Positions 29,577 through 36,974 of a stretch of 64,000 nucleotides of DNA are shown one piece after another. The stretch's first letter is position 1, and every line of letters starts with the position of its first letter. The position numbers and the translations under genes are program-made. Origin of the DNA: Candidatus Atabeyarchaeum deiterrae (lineage in GTDB: Archaea > Asgardarchaeota > Atabeyarchaeia > Atabeyarchaeales > Atabeyarchaeaceae). Location of the stretch: assembly GCA_037310415.1 (NCBI GenBank), contig CP147780.1, positions 2,240,001 through 2,304,000 of the forward strand, read 5' to 3'. The notes under the pieces were generated by a model, which was given only the letters and a program-made list of their open reading frames with translations, did not search any database and had not been told where the DNA came from.

Positions 29577-30860
29577 ATGGATTTCACCGCCAATGAAGTT
29601 GTGGAAACGCTGAACTTGCCCACAGATTCTGTGAGTGTCTCTCACCTCGCCTCGACTTTCTATAATCTCATTGACTCTGCTATTTCTGAGAGAGCCAAAA
29701 CTTTATTTCGAACCTCATGCGCTAGGAAATTGGTTGTGATTCATGTGAATGAGATCCTGAAAGTAGACGATGTTCTTGTCAAGAGAATCTACGAAGGTCA
29801 CTTTGAGAGCAGCATGGCTCCACAAGTGTACAAGGAGATCTATGACTTTCTATCCAGCCCTGGAATCCAGAAACAGATGAAGCCTGTCCTGGAATCCCAT
29901 GAAATATGGATTAAGCCCAACTTGACGAATCCAAGACCCCCAGAAACAGGATGCATAACTCACCCCGCTGCAGCAAAAGCGGTGGTGGACTATCTGCGCG
30001 ACTTTGTTAAGGTGAAGAAGCCCATTAGATTTGTAGAGACCATTACATACCACAAGGGTGCAGGCATGTCTGAGATCCTTGAGAAGCTTCCCAGGCAGGA
30101 GAGAGAAGTGATTGAAGATAAAATAAAGAACAAGGATCCTGGTCAGGACATGCATGACTTCGGTTTCGATTTGTTGCTGGAACTTAGCGGAATTAGGAAG
30201 CTTGTGAAAAACTACAGAGATAGTGGTTTAGATGTGGATATCGTCAATTTGAGCAAAGAACCAGTCATGACAACAGAAGAGAGAGGGGATATTGCCCGTA
30301 GGGTTGAGCGACTTCTTGGCGAGGAGTTTCTCCCAAGCGAAAAGATCAAGACCAAAATACTGGAAAACATTCCCAGAGTCATGAGGATGAGAAACATTGG
30401 ACTCATCTCGTTGACGCTGCCCAAGACACATGACGAGCCCCAAGCTTGGATGACAGGCTCGGTGAAGAATATTGCTCTCGGTCTTTATCCAAAATACAAG
30501 GCATTCATGCACAAGGAACTCGCAAAGGCAATGGTCTATTATTACGCGTTCTGGAAAATCGGGCTCGAAGATCGCATCTTCGGTATAGTCACTGGGCCAC
30601 TTGGACAGGATTGTGAGGGACCGATATTTGGAAGAGCTGTTGATTTCCCTTTCATTGTAGCTGGATCTGACTTGTTACGTGTGGACAGCGTAACGACCAC
30701 TTTGGTGGCAGGTGACTTGGATCTCATCAATTTACTCAACGTTTTTAAGTACGGACAAATGAAGATCGGTAGAGTAGCTTTGAGACGGGAGCTTGCGAAG
30801 ATCCTTCCCTATGCTTTGAAGTTCCAGCCATATCCTTATCCGACGACTAAGCTTGGGTAG
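29577..30860 (+). CDS. Divergent DUF362 family protein
   Basis: IKPNL, THP, LPKTH, TGSVKN, EGP..G, AGSD...VD; true start probably near 29745. Confidence 0.7.
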   Translation: MDFTANEVVETLNLPTDSVSVSHLASTFYNLIDSAISERAKTLFRTSCARKLVVIHVNEILKVDDVLVKRIYEGHFESSMAPQVYKEIYDFLSSPGIQKQMKPVLESHEIWIKPNLTNPRPPETGCITHPAAAKAVVDYLRDFVKVKKPIRFVETITYHKGAGMSEILEKLPRQEREVIEDKIKNKDPGQDMHDFGFDLLLELSGIRKLVKNYRDSGLDVDIVNLSKEPVMTTEERGDIARRVERLLGEEFLPSEKIKTKILENIPRVMRMRNIGLISLTLPKTHDEPQAWMTGSVKNIALGLYPKYKAFMHKELAKAMVYYYAFWKIGLEDRIFGIVTGPLGQDCEGPIFGRAVDFPFIVAGSDLLRVDSVTTTLVAGDLDLINLLNVFKYGQMKIGRVALRRELAKILPYALKFQPYPYPTTKLG

Positions 30861-30958
30861 GACGAATTGCCTTTGACGCGCCAACTCACACAGATCTACT
30901 CTTGTATTCCATGATTATGGAGACTGCAAAGTCTAAATATACCCTCGACCGTACTTGA

Positions 30959-31573
30959 ATGAATATGAGCAAGCAAAATCCCGAAGGTCTGGCAAAAAAG
31001 GCAGCTCAGGATAAGGAACTACTTTCTCAACTAATAGAAGGGATCTTGACCAAGAAGGCATCAACGCGCTTCACCAGTTTCAATGCGCTCACAATTCTGA
31101 GTGAAGAGCATCCCGAAGTTCTATATCCTGAATTTGACCACTTCGTAGACTTGCTCGGCAGCAAGGATAATAGTTCAAGGTACATCGCACTTCACATCAT
31201 AGCGAATCTCACAACGGTCGACACTGAAAAGAAGTTTGAGCAAGTATTTGACAAATACTTCAATCTGTTCGATGACAGAAATCTGCCCACAGCCGCACAC
31301 GCCGTGGGCAATTCTGGCAAGATCGCAAAAGCGAAACCAGAACTGGAAACCAAGATATCTAAAAAGTTGCTGAACATAGATGAGACAAGTCATACCCCCG
31401 AACACAAAGACCTGATGAAGTCATACGCCGTCGATGCCTTCGGCGAGTATTTCGATGTGGCAAGTGACAAGCTCAAGATACTTGAATTCGTCAAGAAGCA
31501 GCTCTATAGCAAGAGCCCGCGAGCCAGGAAAGCAGTCAAGGAATTCCTAGAGAAATGGGGAAAAACAGAGTAG
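30959..31573 (+). CDS. HEAT/ARM-repeat-like hypothetical protein
   Basis: Helical repeats; SEEHPEVLYP.FD, HIIANL, GKIAKAKPEL pattern. Confidence 0.7.
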   Translation: MNMSKQNPEGLAKKAAQDKELLSQLIEGILTKKASTRFTSFNALTILSEEHPEVLYPEFDHFVDLLGSKDNSSRYIALHIIANLTTVDTEKKFEQVFDKYFNLFDDRNLPTAAHAVGNSGKIAKAKPELETKISKKLLNIDETSHTPEHKDLMKSYAVDAFGEYFDVASDKLKILEFVKKQLYSKSPRARKAVKEFLEKWGKTE

Positions 31574-31699
31574 ACCGTTACTCCAGCAAGAGCCAACCAG
31601 CTCGACGGATTAGAACGCGAATAGAAAAAGGTGGTTGAAGCTGTGGTAGCAACCAGCCAATTCTTACCGCAGAGAAAGCTGAGACGTGCTAAACAAGGT

Positions 31700-32839
31700 T
31701 CACCATCTCATTGACCCAAAGTTCTTCTGTACGACCTTGTCCATACCCTTCATTATGCTCAACGAATCATGCTTCTTCAAGTATTGTTTCAGCTCGTCCA
31801 TGGTGGCTGTTTCTCCCTTCTTCGCAGCATAGTAGGCAAGGTAGACATCTGCAACAGCTTCCTTGGCCTGCTGAGGAGTGAATTCTGGTTCTTTATTCTT
31901 GATTATGCAGTCCGCGAAATAGGTATCCTCGACTCTCGCAGCTATTGTGTAATATCCTGGAAACGGGCTATGTTCGACTTGAGGGCTATAATACTCACAC
32001 ATCTTCTCAGCTTCTGAATGACTGCTGTAAATTTTCACTGGCAGTTCCCATGAGTGATCTTCGAAGATTGACCCTTTTGTCCCATGAAGCTCGGTGATGT
32101 TCGTTAACGGATGCACAGTGGTTGATGAAACCACAACGTCCATCATGGCTCCATTTTTGTAACGAAGGAATACCATTGCGCTGTCTTCACCCTTAGTCGC
32201 CGGACTTGGAAGCGCCTTTCCCAGCCAGCACTGAGCAGATACCACCTCACTATTCAGAAGCCAATTCAGCATCGCCATTTTGTGCGGTCCCTGATCGAAT
32301 AACGCACCGCCGCCACCCTTCTCGTAGGTGAAATGCCAGATGTCCGGATCGAGGAACTCACTTGCATCGCAGAAGGCACCCTCGTATGTACGACCCAAAA
32401 ACACATTCCCGATGAAATCGCGTTCCACGGCTTCCTTGATAACTCGGTGTGCAGGTAGGAAACGATGATTCTCGGCGATCATGAATTTGACTCCAGCTCT
32501 CTTCGTGTCCGCAATCATCTCATCGCATTGCTCGAGGGTCATAGCCATGGGCTTCTCGATCAGTACGTGTTTTCCGGCTTTGGCAACTCCTTTGGTTATT
32601 GTTGCATGGAGATGGTGCGGAACGAGTATGAGTGCTGCATCGATGTCACTTTCAAGCAACTCTTCCATGCTGTTGAAGGCAGGAATGCGCTTGCTCTTCG
32701 AGAATGTTTCTAGAACCTCCCTGTTCACATCATAACAGCCAACGAACTTAAGGTTAGGATTCTCAGCCATCTCAATACCCGAAGCGTGAAACTCCGCAGC
32801 AGCCCCACATCCAATTATGCCGAATTTGGCGAATTCCAT
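31700..32839 (-). CDS. Gfo/Idh/MocA family oxidoreductase
   Basis: IIGCG, AGKHVLIEKPMA, GGGALFDQGPH. Confidence 0.92.
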   Translation of the reverse strand: MEFAKFGIIGCGAAAEFHASGIEMAENPNLKFVGCYDVNREVLETFSKSKRIPAFNSMEELLESDIDAALILVPHHLHATITKGVAKAGKHVLIEKPMAMTLEQCDEMIADTKRAGVKFMIAENHRFLPAHRVIKEAVERDFIGNVFLGRTYEGAFCDASEFLDPDIWHFTYEKGGGGALFDQGPHKMAMLNWLLNSEVVSAQCWLGKALPSPATKGEDSAMVFLRYKNGAMMDVVVSSTTVHPLTNITELHGTKGSIFEDHSWELPVKIYSSHSEAEKMCEYYSPQVEHSPFPGYYTIAARVEDTYFADCIIKNKEPEFTPQQAKEAVADVYLAYYAAKKGETATMDELKQYLKKHDSLSIMKGMDKVVQKNFGSMRW

Positions 32840-33074
32840 GAAATCACCTTCAATTCGCTATTCCAAGTCTACGACATCAAAGCAATGTCTTCACGTACGT
32901 TTCAGACCCATATAATTCTTTACTCTTCTGCGGCTTTTTCTTTCAGATGCCTTTGTTCACTCTCTCAATGTCAAGTCTTGAAGCTAGAAAAGTAAAAAAA
33001 GTTGGGGTTGGTCCACCGTCGTGCCAATTCTGGCTCAATGGTGACTGGATGTTTTGACCCGATACGAAAGTCAA

Positions 33075-33908
33075 TCAAGTTCTGCGGGCTTTGCGCGCTT
33101 GCCTGATTCCCCAAGGCGCCCATGTAGCGCCTAACACAGTGGCGACGATCAAAGCGGAGATTAGAAGTATTGCTATTGTCTGGTATGCTGTGTATCCTAC
33201 ACCAAGAAATGCAAACCACAGGATAAAGAATGCAACCCAACTTATTGCCACAACGATGCTCAATGCAACTCTCCAGCCGAGTCCTGCCTCCAACGATCCA
33301 ATCTTTCGCCAGGGCGCATGCATCGCCGCCTGCAAGCCTCCCAAGATGATTCCGGACAACGCGAAAATCCCAAAGTTCTCGAAGAGGCTGTATCCAGCAG
33401 CATAGTAGTAGAACCATACAAACAGAAACGCCGCCCATATTAAGCCCACGACCAGACCCAGTGCCCATACTGATGTTCGTTCTTCACTCTTCCTCCACCA
33501 TCGTCGTGCAATGCTCTGGGCGAGTCCCCAGAGTGCGAAAGGAATGATGATAATCGCTATGTTCGTATACAGACTCATGCTATCTGCGAAGAAGTAAAGC
33601 CAAACGAAAGCAAACACAAGCGCTATGAGCCCCAAAACGGTTTCCAGCGCAACCGCACGCCCAAATCCTGGTGTTTTACGATCCCACCACATGGGTGCCC
33701 ACGTGAACCCTTCTGCAACACCAAGAATTGCCACGGATACAGCAACAACCGCTATGTTCTGGTAGAAACCGTAGGTCTGAGCGTAGAAGAAGAACCAGAT
33801 GACGAGGAATATCAGCCAGCCCATGGCCTCGACAACGCTGAGCGAAACCCTCCAACTAAGTCCAGGTACGTCTAAGACTTCTCTTCCTCTGTGTGCCATT
33901 TTGACCAC
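33075..33908 (-). CDS. Membrane protein built of four internal two-TM repeats
   Basis: Repeated W..F...W..F.A..Y..YQNIA units. Confidence 0.75.
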   Translation of the reverse strand: MVKMAHRGREVLDVPGLSWRVSLSVVEAMGWLIFLVIWFFFYAQTYGFYQNIAVVAVSVAILGVAEGFTWAPMWWDRKTPGFGRAVALETVLGLIALVFAFVWLYFFADSMSLYTNIAIIIIPFALWGLAQSIARRWWRKSEERTSVWALGLVVGLIWAAFLFVWFYYYAAGYSLFENFGIFALSGIILGGLQAAMHAPWRKIGSLEAGLGWRVALSIVVAISWVAFFILWFAFLGVGYTAYQTIAILLISALIVATVLGATWAPWGIRQARKARRT

Positions 33909-34053
33909 TCACTCTCAATCGTTTTTGAACATTAATACTCGCAGTCTATATAAGCTAGCGTTCTTCCAGCGTTAGTCAAGTATGATTCCTTGAAATCGTT
34001 GTTTTTCTCGTGTCTCGGACATGGTTTTCGATTCGGAGGAGTGACAGATAGCA

Positions 34054-34566
34054 ATGGTCGCCTTCAAGGTGGCATCGAACGAGGATATCCGCGCACTAGG
34101 TAGAAAACTTCTCCATCTTTTGGAGGATCATGAGAGCCAAGTCTACCAAGAGAACATTGTCAAATTCGGTATCCCCGACGATTACGTCAAGAAGGTTTTC
34201 GCTGAGGACACCCTTATCGAGGCGGCAAAATCGGGAAAAGCGGTCTTCTACCTAGTGCTTAGGAAACGAGAAATCGTGGGATTCGCCCAGACTCTGCAGC
34301 ATGACCCAACCACAGCGGAATTGGATCGAATAATCATATTCCCCGAGCAGACTCGAAAGGGCATAGGAACGCTGCTCCTACGACACGCGGCAGAAGATCA
34401 GAAGCGAAGAGGAATAGAGACCATGGTAGTGAATGCAGGAAAAGAAGAGTCTCACGCCAGAAGATTCTACGAGAAAAACGGCTTTCAGAAAGAAAAGGAA
34501 ACCACAATACAGACACCGTGGGGCGGCAAAATAGACTTGGTAACTTACAAACTTGATATCAGATAA
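34054..34566 (+). CDS. GNAT family N-acetyltransferase
   Basis: IVGFA, PEQTRKGIGTLLL, ARRFYEKNGF. Confidence 0.9.
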   Translation: MVAFKVASNEDIRALGRKLLHLLEDHESQVYQENIVKFGIPDDYVKKVFAEDTLIEAAKSGKAVFYLVLRKREIVGFAQTLQHDPTTAELDRIIIFPEQTRKGIGTLLLRHAAEDQKRRGIETMVVNAGKEESHARRFYEKNGFQKEKETTIQTPWGGKIDLVTYKLDIR

Positions 34567-34590
34567 GGAAACCTCAAACTGGAAATCTTA

Positions 34591-34598
34591 TATATGAA
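34591..34598 (+). repeat. Target-site duplication, left copy (right copy 35891-35898)
   Basis: TATATGAA immediately outside both TIRs. Confidence 0.9.
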
Positions 34599-34620
34599 GG
34601 TTCTGTTACCTCTGCGGTTG
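34599..34620 (+). repeat. Left terminal inverted repeat (22 bp)
   Basis: GGTTCTGTTACCTCTGCGGTTG. Confidence 0.95.
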
Positions 34621-34625
34621 GTGAG

Positions 34626-34633
34626 TTTAAATA
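34626..34633 (+). promoter_or_regulatory. Putative TATA box of tnpB
   Basis: TTTAAATA 24-31 nt upstream of ATG 34657 (leaderless-type spacing). Confidence 0.5.
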
Positions 34634-34656
34634 AGAGTTTTAGTTTGTTTAGTTTT

Positions 34657-35883
34657 ATGCAGGCAGTTAAAACGGTGCAGATACCATACGAGCCTACAAA
34701 CGGTGTTCTCAGTCTCCTTGAAACTTTCAGGACCATGGTCAACTACTGCATCCGCGTCGGTCTCGAGAAGAATGTGACTTCCAGGCTCAGGCTGCAAAGC
34801 GAGACATATCACCAGCTAAGTGGCTTCGGTCTCCACACCTGGTACAGTCTCTCAGCCATCGAGGTTGCCACCGCCATCTTGAAGAACTACCGAAAAACGA
34901 AAAGAAAGCGAAAGATTGTTCGATTGCCGAGAGCCACGAAACTCACAGCTAAACTCGGAAACCAAGGCTACAAGATTGTTGATGGCAAACTGAGGATACC
35001 AATTAAGCCAAGAGAGTATTTCCACGTTCCCCTGCATAAGAGGGCGGCACGGTTCCTATCGGATGCCACGCTCAAGCTAGGCTCGGTGACCTTGACTGCT
35101 TGCACGGTTTCAGTGGTTTTCTCGAAGACCGCTGAGGTTACCGAACCCAAGAGCTACGTGGCGTACGACACGAATGAACGCTCAATAGATGGAGGATACG
35201 TGAAAGAAGGCGGAGAACTGATCGTTGAAAGCCACGATTTGTCAAATGTTTCAGAGATTAGGCACGGGTATTTTGAGCGGGTACGAAGAATTCAGAGAAA
35301 ATACGCGAAGGATAGGCGGGTGGCGAAAAAGATTCAGAGAAAATGGTTCACCAATCAGAACAACAAGGTCGACACAGTCCTGCATCAGGTGAGTTCAGCG
35401 ATAGTTGGACAAGCAAAAACCAGGGAACAAGGTATCATCCTCGAAGATCTTAAACATATTCGCAAGGCAGTTAACAGGAAAGCCTTAGGCGTCAACAACT
35501 TCAACGGGAAGATACAGAGAATCAGCACGCACACTAAGAAACTGAAGCGAAGGCTGAACTCATGGAGCTTCCACAAGCTGCAAGGCTTCATCGAGTATAA
35601 GGCTCTCTGGGAAGGAGTCAAAGTCATCAAAGCAAATCCGAGAAACACTTCTAGGGTCTGTGCGGTATGTGGGTGCGTGATGCGAGACCCGAAAGCGAGA
35701 ACCCTAGAATGCTGCGGGATAGATCGCCACGTAAACGCATGTTTGAACATGCTTAAAACCCAGGATGAAAGGGTGCGGTTCGCCCTGGATCGCTCCGCAC
35801 ATGTAGCCGTGATTAGTCCCTTCAACAAGGCTATGAGCCGAAGCGGAGAAGCTAACCCAAACGGTTATCAACCGCAGAGGTAA
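34657..35883 (+). CDS. tnpB: TnpB (IS200/IS605-type RNA-guided nuclease family, Cas12f-like)
   Basis: Ruv[20 protein letters not shown], Ruv[42 protein letters not shown] Zn ribbon, Ruv[13 protein letters not shown]; ORF-track start 34594 lies outside the element so ATG 34657 is preferred. Confidence 0.93.
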   Translation: MQAVKTVQIPYEPTNGVLSLLETFRTMVNYCIRVGLEKNVTSRLRLQSETYHQLSGFGLHTWYSLSAIEVATAILKNYRKTKRKRKIVRLPRATKLTAKLGNQGYKIVDGKLRIPIKPREYFHVPLHKRAARFLSDATLKLGSVTLTACTVSVVFSKTAEVTEPKSYVAYDTNERSIDGGYVKEGGELIVESHDLSNVSEIRHGYFERVRRIQRKYAKDRRVAKKIQRKWFTNQNNKVDTVLHQVSSAIVGQAKTREQGIILEDLKHIRKAVNRKALGVNNFNGKIQRISTHTKKLKRRLNSWSFHKLQGFIEYKALWEGVKVIKANPRNTSRVCAVCGCVMRDPKARTLECCGIDRHVNACLNMLKTQDERVRFALDRSAHVAVISPFNKAMSRSGEANPNGYQPQR

Positions 35884-35910
35884 CAGAACCTATATGAATA
35901 CCTGCTAGAA
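35740..35910 (+). ncRNA. Putative omega/reRNA guide scaffold overlapping the tnpB 3' end
   Basis: Stems GTGCGG/CCGCAC (35773-35800) and TAGCC/GGCTA (35804-35833) lie in the non-conserved C-terminal tail between RuvC-III and the right end, where TnpB guide RNAs are normally encoded; boundaries approximate. Confidence 0.5.
35869..35890 (-). repeat. Right terminal inverted repeat (22 bp), contains the tnpB stop codon
   Basis: CAACCGCAGAGGTAACAGAACC; TAA at 35881-35883. Confidence 0.95.
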
Positions 35911-35928
35911 ACCGAGCTGTGATTGATT

Positions 35929-36765
35929 ATGAAATTGAGTTGTTGCACGTTAGCGTATATTGTTAGTACGCCACTGGATGAAGCGATTAGAAGAATCGCT
36001 GAAGCTGGCTACAAAGGGGTAGACTTGTATACTGGTCCTCCACACCTTTACCCTGGGCATTATTCGTCTGACGAACGAGAAGTTGTGAGGAAGGTAGTTG
36101 ATGAAAACGGTCTTGAACTGACGGGCTTCGCAGTCGCCGGTGGAATTCTCAATCTGGGACTCAACTTTTCCCACCCTAACAAGAAAGTGAGAGACGAAAC
36201 GCTGCAATACTACAAAGACAACGTCAACCTTGCGGAAGAAATCGGTTGCCCCCTAATCAACGTCCTAACAGGTCATTGCCTGTATGGAACCTCAAGGGAA
36301 CAAGGCAGAAAATGGACCATGGACGCATTCCATGAGCTTACGGCGCTGGCGGAGGAAAAAGACGTGATTCTCGGTCTACATCCGCAGTACATCGGGGACA
36401 GCCCGCTCATGCTTACCGTTGATGATGCGCTCGACATGATCAAAGAGTTAAACTCGAAAGTCGTTAAAGTGATCTTCGATACTGCGCAGCAGAACATTAC
36501 CTACCCAAACTTTGCCGACGACATTAGGAAGGCAGGACAGAACCTCTGCTATGTTCACGCAGCCGATAACGATGGAATAAGCTGGACCCATCTCACCCTT
36601 GGAAAGGGGACGGTGAACTGGGAAGGACTAGTTAAGACACTCAATGCAATAGACTTCGATGGTTACATCTGTGTGCAGACTTGGTCGGGTTCACCTATCG
36701 ATGCTGACTCCGTGATACGCGAATCCAAGGAGTATATGGAAGGCATCTTCAAGAAAGTACGATAG
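35929..36765 (+). CDS. Sugar phosphate isomerase/epimerase (xylose-isomerase-like TIM barrel)
   Basis: AGYKGVD, VIFDTAQ, YVHAADN, H..LGKG.VNW, FDGYI; some metal-ligand Glu positions replaced (HP, QT). Confidence 0.85.
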   Translation: MKLSCCTLAYIVSTPLDEAIRRIAEAGYKGVDLYTGPPHLYPGHYSSDEREVVRKVVDENGLELTGFAVAGGILNLGLNFSHPNKKVRDETLQYYKDNVNLAEEIGCPLINVLTGHCLYGTSREQGRKWTMDAFHELTALAEEKDVILGLHPQYIGDSPLMLTVDDALDMIKELNSKVVKVIFDTAQQNITYPNFADDIRKAGQNLCYVHAADNDGISWTHLTLGKGTVNWEGLVKTLNAIDFDGYICVQTWSGSPIDADSVIRESKEYMEGIFKKVR

Positions 36766-36974
36766 TCGACGATGATCCGACACTCTAACAGCTTCCCAAC
36801 TACTTTTCTCTGATGTGAAGGACACTGTGACGTTGACTTTCATAGTGTTTTCCAGCGCTTTTCTCTCGGCCATGCGGCAGATCTGTTCGTCATGGGGTAT
36901 ATATTGTATATATTACGCCATTAAATAGCACCTTCAATATACATCGCGGCAAAAAATCGGAGGATGAGAATGAA

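Larger units (their letters stand above)
34599..35890 (+). mobile_element. Non-autonomous tnpB-only element with 22-bp TIRs and 8-bp TSD (IS6-like ends)
   Basis: GGTTCTGTTACCTCTGCGGTTG (34599-34620) is the exact reverse complement of CAACCGCAGAGGTAACAGAACC (35869-35890); TATATGAA flanks both sides (34591-34598, 35891-35898); no transposase inside. Confidence 0.92.

Noticed and set aside
34594-34656. ORF-track N-terminal extension of TnpB (MKVLLPLRL...)
   Set aside because: ATG 34594 lies in the TSD outside the element and the extension reads through the TIR; ATG 34657 fits with an internal TATA box
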